Part shown: positions 54,907 to 64,000 of the stretch, one piece after another | Position numbering within the stretch: the first letter of the stretch is position 1 | How the letters are laid out: the number at the start of each line of letters is the position of its first letter | NCBI GenBank assembly: GCA_902528175.1 | Contig: CABZRN010000003.1 | Coordinates: forward strand, 18,500 to 82,499 | From: an uncultured Pelagibacteraceae bacterium | GTDB taxonomy: Bacteria > Pseudomonadota > Alphaproteobacteria > Pelagibacterales > Pelagibacteraceae | Length of the DNA stretch: 64,000 nt | Direction: 5' to 3' | Made by a program: the position numbers and the translations under genes | Notes under the pieces: generated by a model | Database searches by the model: none | What the model saw: only the letters and a program-made list of their open reading frames with translations | Told to the model about the DNA's origin: nothing

Positions 54907-54942
54907 TAAGACAAAAGTACATTAAAGACCTAGATAGTCAAA

Positions 54943-55530
54943 TTAATAAATTTTTGTCTTAGATTCTGTCTTATTTATTAGGCGTTTTATATTTTCTCTG
55001 TGCGTATAGAAAATCATTATGAACATGATAAAGTAGAAATAATAAAAGGGATCAGAAATAAAAAAAAAATGAAATACAGGTATACAAACACTAGAGACAA
55101 TTGAGCTTAAAGAAGAATATTTAAATATAAAAAAAATCAACAACCAGATTATAAAAAACACTATTCCTGAAAAATAATTTAAACAAAATAAAATACCAAC
55201 ATAAGTTGCAACACCTTTGCCGCCTTTAAATTTAAGCCAAATTGGGAAAACATGACCTATAAAAACCGACAATGAAGCTAAATAAAGCTGATCATTATAA
55301 TAAAACTTAATAAACAAAATTGGAATAACTGCTTTTAAAATATCAAGAGTCAATGTTAGATATCCTATAAACTTATTGCCTGATCTTAAAACATTTGTTG
55401 CTCCAATATTTCCAGAACCTATTTTTCTTATATCTTTGCCGATAAAAATTTTAGTTAATATAAGTCCAAATGGAATAGAACCAAACAAATAAGAGATTAT
55501 AATAATTAAAGTAATTTCTAAATTTAGCAT
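54943..55530 (-). CDS. plsY: Glycerol-3-phosphate acyltransferase PlsY
   Basis: GSIPFG, GSGNIGATN, GHVFP..FKGGKGVAT, HRENI.RL. Confidence 0.96.
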   Translation of the reverse strand: MLNLEITLIIIISYLFGSIPFGLILTKIFIGKDIRKIGSGNIGATNVLRSGNKFIGYLTLTLDILKAVIPILFIKFYYNDQLYLASLSVFIGHVFPIWLKFKGGKGVATYVGILFCLNYFSGIVFFIIWLLIFFIFKYSSLSSIVSSVCIPVFHFFFISDPFYYFYFIMFIMIFYTHRENIKRLINKTESKTKIY

Positions 55531-56810
55531 TTAAATAACTCAACTCCATTAATAAAAGTGCTTAATACTTTGCCTTGTAGTTTTTTGTCCTCTATACAAG
55601 TATTCTTAGATTTTGATATCATTTTTTCTTTTTTAACTACCCATGGCTTGTATATATCAACAATACATAAGTCCGCTTCACTTCCCACAGAAAGACTTCC
55701 TTTGTTTATTCTTAAAATTTTAGCAGGGTTGCATGTCAGACACTCAATTATCTTATTTAATTTTATTGATCCGTTGTGAAATAATTCTAATGCAAGCGGT
55801 AAAAGAGTTTCTATACCAGAGGCACCTGTAGCAGCTTGAGAAAATGTTAATCTTTTTGACTCTTCATCTTCAGGTTTATGATCTGAGACAATAACATCTA
55901 TCAAATTATGGTTTATACCTTTTATTAGAGACAATCTGTCCTCCTCAGTCCTTAGAGGAGGGGATAATTTAAGGAAGGTACGAAAGTCTCCTATATCATT
56001 TTGGTTTAATGATAAATTATTAATTGAAACACCAGTTGTAAATTTTATAATTTCTTTTTTATTTTTAATTATTTCAACAGATTTTTCTGATGATATTTGA
56101 GCAATATGATATCTACAATTGAAATCCTCTAGCAAAGTTAAATCTCTTTCGATAATAATTTTTTCTGCGTAGTCAGGTATGCCTTGAAGACCAAGTTTAG
56201 TTGCAATTATCCCATCATTTACTTGTCCATCTTTTGATAATTCATTATCTTCTGCATGTTGTATTACTAATGCATCTAAGTCAAAAGCAGATCTCATAAT
56301 TCTGGACATTAATCTTGTATTTTGAATAGTTTGCGTGCCATCTGTATAACCAATTATTCCTTTTTTATTTAAAAGCCCAAATTCATTCATATTAGTTCCT
56401 TCCAGACCTTTTGTTAAACTTGCGGTTGGAAATATATTAATTTTTGATTTATCTCTCCCTCTTCTTTTAAGAAAGTCAACCATAGAAACATTATCTATAA
56501 CAGGGGAAGTATTAGGCATTGTAACAACAGATGTAACACCTCCAGCTAGCGCTGCATTACTTAATGTTCTAAAATTTTCTTTATATTCGTAGCCTGGCTC
56601 ACCTACGAATACCCTCATATCAACAAGACCAGGAAATATAAATTTTTCTTTTAGATCTATATATTTTTCTCTTGAAGGAATATTATTTTGGTTTACTTTT
56701 TTACCTATTGCTTCAATTTTTCCATTTTCACCAATAATCAAACCGCCTTTTTCATCTATAGAGTTTTTAGGATCTATTATTTTTGCATTTAAAAAATATT
56801 GTTTTTTCAT
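55524..56810 (-). CDS. pyrC: Dihydroorotase-family protein (probably an inactive PyrC')
   Basis: AALAGGVT..MPNT, PPLR, SDHKP; the metal-binding HxH is replaced by RVF (DMRVF). Confidence 0.85.
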   Translation of the reverse strand: MKKQYFLNAKIIDPKNSIDEKGGLIIGENGKIEAIGKKVNQNNIPSREKYIDLKEKFIFPGLVDMRVFVGEPGYEYKENFRTLSNAALAGGVTSVVTMPNTSPVIDNVSMVDFLKRRGRDKSKINIFPTASLTKGLEGTNMNEFGLLNKKGIIGYTDGTQTIQNTRLMSRIMRSAFDLDALVIQHAEDNELSKDGQVNDGIIATKLGLQGIPDYAEKIIIERDLTLLEDFNCRYHIAQISSEKSVEIIKNKKEIIKFTTGVSINNLSLNQNDIGDFRTFLKLSPPLRTEEDRLSLIKGINHNLIDVIVSDHKPEDEESKRLTFSQAATGASGIETLLPLALELFHNGSIKLNKIIECLTCNPAKILRINKGSLSVGSEADLCIVDIYKPWVVKKEKMISKSKNTCIEDKKLQGKVLSTFINGVELFKC

Positions 56811-57748
56811 TATTCACAAAATAACTTTAGACAGGCCATTCTTACAGCAACACCTAATTCAACCTGTTCTTTAATTACACTTTTATTAATGTCATCTGCT
56901 AGTTTTGTATCTATTTCTATTCCCCTATTCATAGGACCAGGGTGCATAATAATTGCATCACTTTTTGCTTTCTCTAATTTATCTGGTGTAAGTCCATAAT
57001 ATTCATAATACTCTCTATTTGATGAGAGAAATGAACTTGTCATTCTTTCATTTTGTAATCTTAACATCATCACGATGTCACAATCTTTTACTCCTTCTTT
57101 CATATTTGTAAAAGTGTTGACACCAAATTTTTCTAAATCTTTTGGCATCAAATTAGATGGTGCAACTATATTTATATCTGCGCCCAACATATTTAATAAA
57201 TAAATATTTGATCTGGCAACTCTTGAATGAAGGATATCCCCGCAAATTGCAATTTTAAGACCTTCTATTTTATTTTTCTTTTCCATAATTGTTAAAGCAT
57301 CAAGTAAAGCTTGTGTTGGATGCTCTCTTCTGCCATCGCCTGCATTTAATACCGCACAGTTAACTTTTTGTGATAATAAATTTGAGGCACCTGAGTCTTG
57401 ATGCCTTACAACAATGATATCAGGGTGCATCGCATTTAAAGTCATTGCAGTGTCTATTAAAGTTTCTCCTTTTTTAATTGCTGAATTAGTTATATTCATA
57501 GACATAACATCAGCGCCTAATCTCTTTCCAGCAAGCTCAAACGAACTTTGAGTTCTAGTAGATGGTTCAAAAAATAAATTTATTTGTGTTTTGCCTCTCA
57601 AGATATCTATTTTTTTATTTTTACTTTTGTTCAAAGCTATAAAGTTTTTTGATTCTGAAAGAATAGTCTTTACATCAGAGATTGACAGATCTTGTATACC
57701 TAGAAGATGTTTTTTAGAAATTTTAACAGCGTTTTTTGAATTGGCCAT
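56810..57748 (-). CDS. pyrB: Aspartate carbamoyltransferase catalytic subunit
   Basis: [33 protein letters not shown]. Confidence 0.97.
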   Translation of the reverse strand: MANSKNAVKISKKHLLGIQDLSISDVKTILSESKNFIALNKSKNKKIDILRGKTQINLFFEPSTRTQSSFELAGKRLGADVMSMNITNSAIKKGETLIDTAMTLNAMHPDIIVVRHQDSGASNLLSQKVNCAVLNAGDGRREHPTQALLDALTIMEKKNKIEGLKIAICGDILHSRVARSNIYLLNMLGADINIVAPSNLMPKDLEKFGVNTFTNMKEGVKDCDIVMMLRLQNERMTSSFLSSNREYYEYYGLTPDKLEKAKSDAIIMHPGPMNRGIEIDTKLADDINKSVIKEQVELGVAVRMACLKLFCE

Positions 57749-57789
57749 TAAAACTAACTCTATAACTTCAAAGTATATTTAATGCAAGC

Positions 57790-58245
57790 TTAATTATTAA
57801 GATAATCGATTGCGCCTTGTAAAATGAATGATGCAGCATTTTCATCAATTTTTTTCTCTCTTTTTGTTACATTAACGTCTAATTCTTTAGAGATATTAAA
57901 AGCACCTTTGGTTGACATTCTCTCATCCCAAAGTACAACATCAATTTTTAAGTTTTTTGATATCATATTTGCTTTATCGGTAACAGATTGAGCTGCTCTC
58001 CCTAAACTGCCATCCATATTAATTGGGAATCCAATTATTATTCCAGTCACGTTATTTTCATAAATAATGTTTGTTAATTGATCCAAAAGATATTTCATAT
58101 TCTTATAATCTATTGTTTTAAAAGGAGTAGATATTTTTCTTTTATCATCACAAATTGCTACACCTATACGTTTTGACCCCAAATCCAAACCAATTAATCT
58201 CGCATTACTGTCAATTTTTTTCTTAAGACGCTCAATAGTGATCAT
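57790..58245 (-). CDS. ruvX: YqgF/RuvX family pre-16S rRNA nuclease
   Basis: GLDLG.KRIGVA, DERMST, IDENAA..ILQ; GTG start. Confidence 0.92.
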   Translation of the reverse strand: MITIERLKKKIDSNARLIGLDLGSKRIGVAICDDKRKISTPFKTIDYKNMKYLLDQLTNIIYENNVTGIIIGFPINMDGSLGRAAQSVTDKANMISKNLKIDVVLWDERMSTKGAFNISKELDVNVTKREKKIDENAASFILQGAIDYLNN

Positions 58246-58290
58246 ATTGTATTTTTTAGATTTAATGATAGTTTTTGATATTCATATCAT

Positions 58291-58578
58291 ATGACAATTG
58301 ATCTTAAAACAGTAAAGCACATTTCGAAATTATCTAGGATTTCAATAGATGACAATAAAGCTAAAAAATTAGGTAAAGATTTGAATTCAATATTTTCTTT
58401 TATTGAAAAATTAAATGAATTAGATACAAAAAATACTGAACCATTAACCTCAATAGCTGAAACTACATTAAAACTACGTAAAGACGAGATAAAATCTGAA
58501 AATATTCGCGAGGATATTTTAAAAAATTCACCAGACAAAAATAAAGATTTTTTTGTTGTACCTAAGGTAGTTGAATAA
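58291..58578 (+). CDS. gatC: Asp/Glu-tRNA amidotransferase subunit C
   Basis: HISKLSRI, FVVPKVVE. Confidence 0.95.
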   Translation: MTIDLKTVKHISKLSRISIDDNKAKKLGKDLNSIFSFIEKLNELDTKNTEPLTSIAETTLKLRKDEIKSENIREDILKNSPDKNKDFFVVPKVVE

Positions 58579-60035
58579 TGAGCAATATAATAGATTTAAA
58601 ATTAGTTGAACTTGTAGACAAGATAAAAAAAAAAGAATTATCATCAACTGAAGTAACTATTGATTTTATTGAAAGATCAAAAAAATCAAAAAAACTTAAT
58701 GCTTATATTTCTGAAAATTATGAAAATGCAATTAAAAAAGCAAAAATATTTGATCAAAAACCAGACTTTAAAAAAAAATTACCTGGTATACCTATTGCTG
58801 TAAAAGACTTGTTTTGTACAAAAAATATTAGAACTACAGCGGGAAGTAAAATTCTTGAAAATTTTGTTCCAACTTATGAGTCAACAGTAACTCAAAATAT
58901 TCTAGATGAAGGAGGTATTATAATTGGGAAGTTAAACTGTGATGAATTTGCAATGGGTTCTTCAAATGAAACAAGTTATTTTGGAAATGTTCAAAATCCA
59001 ATATCTGAGAATTTAGTACCTGGTGGATCTTCTGGTGGATCATCATCAGCACTGGCTGCAAAATTAACTCCAGCAACAATAGGTACAGATACAGGTGGAT
59101 CTATTAGACAACCAGCGTCCTTTACTGGCACAGTTGGTTTAAAGCCAACATACGGTAGTTGCTCCAGGTATGGTATAGTAGCATTTGCATCATCTTTGGA
59201 TCAAGCAGGACCCATGACTCATGATGTCAAAGATTGTTCTTTGATGTTAGAAATTATGAGTAATTACGATACAAAAGACTCAACCTCTGTTGAATTCAAA
59301 AGAGAAAACTATTTAGATAATTTAAATGAGAATATTAAAGGAAAAAAAATAGGCATACCAAAAGAATATAGAGTTGATGGAATGCCAAAAGAAATTGATG
59401 AGCTATGGGAAAAAGGAATAGAAATTATTAAAAAAAATGGTGGTGAAATTGTTGAGATAAGTTTACCTAATACTAATTATGCTTTACCAACATATTACAT
59501 TGTAGCTCCTGCAGAAGCCTCATCAAATCTTGCTCGATACGATGGTGTAAAATATGGTTTTAGATCTAAAGGTGAAAATCTTATCGACATGTACGAAAAA
59601 ACAAGATCAGAAGGTTTTGGTGATGAAGTAAAGCGAAGAATTATGATTGGAACATATGTTTTATCATCAGGTTATTACGATGCATATTATTTAAAAGCAC
59701 AAAAAGTAAGAAGACTAATCAAAAATGATTTTGATGAAGCTTATAAGAAAGTAGACGCTATATTAACTCCATCTACGCCAAGCTCTGCTTTTAAAATTGG
59801 AGAGAAATTAAACGATCCAGTCTCAATGTATTTAAATGATATTTTCACAGTTCCAATTAATCTTGCTGGCTTACCTGCTATATCAATTCCAGCGGGTCAT
59901 GATAAAAAAGGCTACCCACTAGGTTTACAGGTTATAGGAAAAGCATTTGATGAGCAAAGTATTTTAAACATCGCTTTTGCTTTAGAAAAAAATATAAGCT
60001 TTAAAAATAATATAACTGATTGGTGGATTAAATGA
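58578..60035 (+). CDS. gatA: Asp/Glu-tRNA amidotransferase subunit A
   Basis: [28 protein letters not shown]. Confidence 0.98.
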   Translation: MSNIIDLKLVELVDKIKKKELSSTEVTIDFIERSKKSKKLNAYISENYENAIKKAKIFDQKPDFKKKLPGIPIAVKDLFCTKNIRTTAGSKILENFVPTYESTVTQNILDEGGIIIGKLNCDEFAMGSSNETSYFGNVQNPISENLVPGGSSGGSSSALAAKLTPATIGTDTGGSIRQPASFTGTVGLKPTYGSCSRYGIVAFASSLDQAGPMTHDVKDCSLMLEIMSNYDTKDSTSVEFKRENYLDNLNENIKGKKIGIPKEYRVDGMPKEIDELWEKGIEIIKKNGGEIVEISLPNTNYALPTYYIVAPAEASSNLARYDGVKYGFRSKGENLIDMYEKTRSEGFGDEVKRRIMIGTYVLSSGYYDAYYLKAQKVRRLIKNDFDEAYKKVDAILTPSTPSSAFKIGEKLNDPVSMYLNDIFTVPINLAGLPAISIPAGHDKKGYPLGLQVIGKAFDEQSILNIAFALEKNISFKNNITDWWIK

Positions 60036-61498
60036 GTAAAAATAATGGTGAATATCTAATAATAAGAAATGATAACAAATATGAAGTTATTATTGGTCTA
60101 GAAGTTCATGCTCAGGTCTTATCTGAATCTAAATTATTTTCAACTTCATCAACAAAATTTGGATCAGAACCTAACACTCAAGTTAGCTTAGTCGACGCAG
60201 CATTTCCAGGAATGTTGCCAGTAATTAACGAACATTGTATCAAACAAGCTGTTAAGACAGGTATTGGATTAAAAGCTAAGATTAACAAAAGATCAATATT
60301 TGATCGAAAAAATTATTTTTATGCTGATTTGCCTCAAGGTTATCAAATTTCTCAATATAAAAATCCAATTGTGGGTGAGGGATCTGTTACATTAGATATG
60401 CCAAATGGGGAAAAAAATATTGGAATTGAAAGACTTCATTTAGAACAAGATGCAGGAAAAAGTATCCATGATATAGATCCTCAAAACACATTAGTTGACT
60501 TAAATAGATCAGGAGTAGCTTTAATGGAAATAGTTAGCAAACCTGATTTAAGATCTTTAGATGAAGTAAATGCATATATTAAAAAATTAAGATCGATAAT
60601 GAGATATTTAGGAACTTGCGATGGTAACATGCAAGAAGGCTCATTAAGAGCTGATGTGAACGTTTCTGTTCGAAAAAAGGGAGTTAAAAAATTAGGCACA
60701 AGATGTGAAATTAAAAATGTTAATTCTATAAAATTTATGCAAATGGCAATAGATTTCGAAGCTAATCGTCAAGTAGATTTAATTGAAGAAGGCGGTTCTA
60801 TTGATCAAGAAACAAGATTATTTGATACCAAAAAAAATGAAACAAGATCAATGAGATCTAAAGAGGATGCGCATGATTATAGATATTTTCCAGATCCGGA
60901 TCTTTTACCGCTTGATTTAAATGATAATTATATAGATCAAATAAAAAAAAATATTCCTGAGCTTCCAGATGAAAAAAAGAAAAGATTTATTGAAAAATTT
61001 AAACTATCATCTTATGAGGCAAATATACTAGTTTCAGATATTGAAATTTCAAAATATTTCGAGGAAGTTTCAAAAAACTCTGATGTAAAATTAGCTACAA
61101 ACTGGATAACAGGTGAGTTATTTGCATTATTAAACGAAAAAAATATTGAAATAACAGAAAGTCCAATTTCTTCTAAAAATTTATCAAAATTAATTAATTT
61201 AATCAAAGACGGAACCATTTCAGGTAAGATTGCTAAATCTGTTTTTGAAATAATGAAAGATGGAGATAAAGATCCAATAAATATTGTAGAAGAAAAAGGT
61301 TTAAAACAACAAAGCGATCCTAAGGAATTAGAAAATTTAATTAATAAAGTAATTACTGAAAACCCAAAAAATGTTGAAGCTTATAAATCAGGAAAAGACA
61401 AATTATTTGGTTTTTTTGTTGGTCAAGTAATGAAAAATTCAAATGGTAAAGCAAATCCAAAACTTGTTAATGAAATTTTGAAAAAAAAATTGAATTAA
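60032..61498 (+). CDS. gatB: Asp/Glu-tRNA amidotransferase subunit B
   Basis: [27 protein letters not shown]. Confidence 0.98.
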   Translation: MSKNNGEYLIIRNDNKYEVIIGLEVHAQVLSESKLFSTSSTKFGSEPNTQVSLVDAAFPGMLPVINEHCIKQAVKTGIGLKAKINKRSIFDRKNYFYADLPQGYQISQYKNPIVGEGSVTLDMPNGEKNIGIERLHLEQDAGKSIHDIDPQNTLVDLNRSGVALMEIVSKPDLRSLDEVNAYIKKLRSIMRYLGTCDGNMQEGSLRADVNVSVRKKGVKKLGTRCEIKNVNSIKFMQMAIDFEANRQVDLIEEGGSIDQETRLFDTKKNETRSMRSKEDAHDYRYFPDPDLLPLDLNDNYIDQIKKNIPELPDEKKKRFIEKFKLSSYEANILVSDIEISKYFEEVSKNSDVKLATNWITGELFALLNEKNIEITESPISSKNLSKLINLIKDGTISGKIAKSVFEIMKDGDKDPINIVEEKGLKQQSDPKELENLINKVITENPKNVEAYKSGKDKLFGFFVGQVMKNSNGKANPKLVNEILKKKLN

Positions 61499-61499
61499 G

Positions 61500-62156
61500 A
61501 TGGGTTCAAACATTAAGATAACAAACGAGCTCGAAGAATATATAAACAATCATTCTTATAAACTAAATCCGATTCAAAGAGAGATTATTAAATATAACGA
61601 AACTTTGGGTGAAAAGAAAAAAATGCAAATTTCTTTAAGTCAATGTTATCTATTACACCTAATAATAAAATTATATGATCCAAAAAAAATTTTAGAAATT
61701 GGAACATTTACAGGTTTAAGTACCTTAACAATGGGATTAGCTATGAATAACGACTCAATTTTAATAGCTATAGACAAAAACAAACAAACTTCTGAAATAG
61801 CTAAAAATTTTTTTGATAAAGCTAATCTTGAAAACAAAATAAATCTTTTAGTTAAAAATGCCAGTCATGCACTTGAGGAACTTCTTAAAAACAAAGATGT
61901 TTTTGACTTAGTATTTATTGATGCTGATAAGGAAAATTATATAAATTATTTCGAAAAATCTTTAAAAATGTTAAAAAAATCAGGAATAATCATAACAGAT
62001 AATGTTTTATGGTACGGTGATGTGGTAGATAAAAATAAAAATGACAAACTTACGATTAAAATTCGAGAATTTAATTCACATATCGATAAAGACAATAGAG
62101 TAGAAAATATCATTTTACCAATTGGTGATGGTTTATCAATTTGTAGAAAATTATAA
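61500..62156 (+). CDS. O-methyltransferase (caffeoyl-CoA type)
   Basis: LEIGTFTG.S, FDLVFIDADKENY, DNVLW.G, GDGL. Confidence 0.9.
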   Translation: MGSNIKITNELEEYINNHSYKLNPIQREIIKYNETLGEKKKMQISLSQCYLLHLIIKLYDPKKILEIGTFTGLSTLTMGLAMNNDSILIAIDKNKQTSEIAKNFFDKANLENKINLLVKNASHALEELLKNKDVFDLVFIDADKENYINYFEKSLKMLKKSGIIITDNVLWYGDVVDKNKNDKLTIKIREFNSHIDKDNRVENIILPIGDGLSICRKL

Positions 62157-63055
62157 TGTATAATATTTTTGGTTTTTACAAATTTAAAAAGATTACAAAT
62201 CTTAAAAAGAAAAAAGAATTACTTGATAATTACTTAAAACAAGAAAATTTTAGAGGGACTATAATATTATCCCCCGAAGGTGTAAATGGAACAATAAGTT
62301 TTAAAATAGAGAGATATATTTCAATAAGAAAAAATTTAAAAATAATTTTAAATTTAAAGAACTTTGATAGCGAAAATTTATCACATTATAAATATCAAGC
62401 TTTTCATAAAGGTAAAATTAAAATTAAAAAAGAACTTGTCCCCATTGGGATTAAACTAAAAAAAAGAATTATTAATAATCAAATTGATCCTGAAAATTGG
62501 AATAACTTTATTAAAAAAAAAAATACTGTTATTATTGATACAAGAAAAAGTTTTGAATTTAGAGTTGGTACTTTTAAAGGATCAATAAATCCAAAACTGA
62601 ACAATTTTAGAGACTTTCCAAAATATTTTAAATCATTACAAAAAGATAATAACATAGGTATGTTTTGCACAGGTGGTATTAGATGTGAAAAAGCAAGTTT
62701 ATATTTGAGAAATAAAGGTTTTAAAAACGTTTATCAATTAAATGGAGGTATAATCAATTATTTAAATAAAATTGATAAAAAAAAAAGTTTATGGAAAGGT
62801 GATTGTTTTGTCTTTGACAATAGAGTATCGGTAAAACACGGCCTAAAACCAGGCAATTTAAAAATTTGTGCAGGTTGTAGAGAGCCTATTACAAAATTAG
62901 AAAAAAAAAATAAGGAATATGAGGAAGGAGTTAGCTGTTCTAATTGTTTTTATAAATTAACTGATAAACAAAAACAAAGTTTTCGTATAAGACAAAAACA
63001 AATCAATTTATCTAAACAGGAAGGTCAAAAATATTTTTACCAAATTGAAAAATAA
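62156..63055 (+). CDS. trhO: Rhodanese-domain tRNA U34 hydroxylase (TrhO/YceA family)
   Basis: RGTI..EGVNGT, FCTGGIRCEKAS, L.GGI..Y, CFVFDNR, C-terminal Cys cluster. Confidence 0.9.
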   Translation: MYNIFGFYKFKKITNLKKKKELLDNYLKQENFRGTIILSPEGVNGTISFKIERYISIRKNLKIILNLKNFDSENLSHYKYQAFHKGKIKIKKELVPIGIKLKKRIINNQIDPENWNNFIKKKNTVIIDTRKSFEFRVGTFKGSINPKLNNFRDFPKYFKSLQKDNNIGMFCTGGIRCEKASLYLRNKGFKNVYQLNGGIINYLNKIDKKKSLWKGDCFVFDNRVSVKHGLKPGNLKICAGCREPITKLEKKNKEYEEGVSCSNCFYKLTDKQKQSFRIRQKQINLSKQEGQKYFYQIEK

Positions 63056-63061
63056 AATAAT

Positions 63062-64000
63062 ATGTACAAAAAAATTAATTTATTAAGAGATCCCATTTGG
63101 TCATTATTGAGAAAAGTAACAATTCCTGCTAGTATTGGATCATTATTTCAAACTTTTTATAATTTAGTTGATACTTATTTTGCTGGAAAAATATCACCTG
63201 AGGCTCTTAGTGCTTTGGCTAAATCTTTTCCAATATATTTTATTATAATTGCAATTGGTGTTGGGGTAGGTGCTGCTACAAATACTTTAATTGGAAATTC
63301 AATTGGTGAAAAGAATGAAAAAAGAGCATCAATGTATGTTGGACAATCTTTTCTATATGCTGTTTTTGTATCATTTTTAGTTACTTTTGTTGGTTTAAAT
63401 ATATCAAATTTTTTATTGGGACTAATGGGATCTAGTTTAGAAAATATTTTATTAACAAGAGAATATCTGGATATAATATTTTACTGTACTGTTTTAGTTT
63501 TAATACAGACATCATTAAATGGCACCCTAAATGCTCAAGGAGATACTAAGAGTTTCAGAAATGTTTTGGTTTTTACCTTTTTTTTAAACATAATCTTAAA
63601 TCCCGTATTCATATTTGGATATGGTTTTATACCTGCCTTTGGTATTTCTGGAATTGCTGTAGCAACCGTTATATGTCAATTTTTAGCTGCTACGTATTTA
63701 ATTTACAAAGTTTATAGTTGTAAATTAAAAAAGTATCTATTTTTTGAATGCTTTAAACCAAAAATTTTTTACTTTAAAAACCTAATATTTCAATCTGTTC
63801 CAGTAATGTTTAGTATGCTTTTAATTGGTGTTGGTTTGTTTAATGTTTTGTATTTTGTAGGAAAATTTGGTGATTTGGCTGCAGCTGGTTACGGTACTGC
63901 TTTAAGAATTGAACAAGTTTTTTTATTACCGGTTATTGGATTAAATACAGCTGTAATTTCTATCTCAAGTCAAAATTTTGGAGCTAAAAATTATGAGCGA
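63062..64000 (+). CDS. MATE family efflux transporter (runs off the window)
   Basis: Translated manually from the ATG at 63062: MYKKINLLRDPIWSLLRKVTIPASIGSLFQTFYNLVDTYFAGKIS...QGDTK...NIILNPVFIFG...SQNFGAKNYER. Confidence 0.9.
   Translation, partial: MYKKINLLRDPIWSLLRKVTIPASIGSLFQTFYNLVDTYFAGKISPEALSALAKSFPIYFIIIAIGVGVGAATNTLIGNSIGEKNEKRASMYVGQSFLYAVFVSFLVTFVGLNISNFLLGLMGSSLENILLTREYLDIIFYCTVLVLIQTSLNGTLNAQGDTKSFRNVLVFTFFLNIILNPVFIFGYGFIPAFGISGIAVATVICQFLAATYLIYKVYSCKLKKYLFFECFKPKIFYFKNLIFQSVPVMFSMLLIGVGLFNVLYFVGKFGDLAAAGYGTALRIEQVFLLPVIGLNTAVISISSQNFGAKNYER

Noticed and set aside
17849-62670. Many antisense ORFs, e.g. 19785-20474, 20647-21225, 35726-36385, 38029-38601
   Set aside because: They are shadows of conserved genes with no recognisable motifs.

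Overview
This is a very AT-rich, tightly packed alphaproteobacterial segment. Its gene order, near-zero intergenic spacing and streamlining point to a SAR11/Pelagibacterales-like genome (inference). Positions 17.1-46 kb hold the core translation/transcription supercluster: tRNA-Tyr/Gly, tuf, tRNA-Trp, secE, nusG, rplKAJL, rpoB, [cytochrome c], rpoC, rpsLG, fusA, then the S10, spc and alpha operons. Housekeeping genes follow (lipB, mgtE, panC, galU, ugd, topA, plsY, pyrC'/pyrB, ruvX, gatCAB, trhO, MATE). The left 17 kb is a mosaic of an ATP-grasp/Anbu pair, ppc, nadK, ybbAP-tesA and scattered glycan-modification genes. The most notable signal is two small islets with no integrase. Each sits UPSTREAM of an intact tRNA (Leu-TAA, Thr-TGT) and is bounded by an orphan 5' half of that tRNA. 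Both islets share a similar arrangement of short end motifs, which suggests non-autonomous cassettes that replace the tRNA 5' end and are mobilised in trans. Second, a secreted monoheme cytochrome c gene is wedged between rpoB and rpoC with a 12-bp duplicated start context. All calls come from reading the sequence; no database searches were run.
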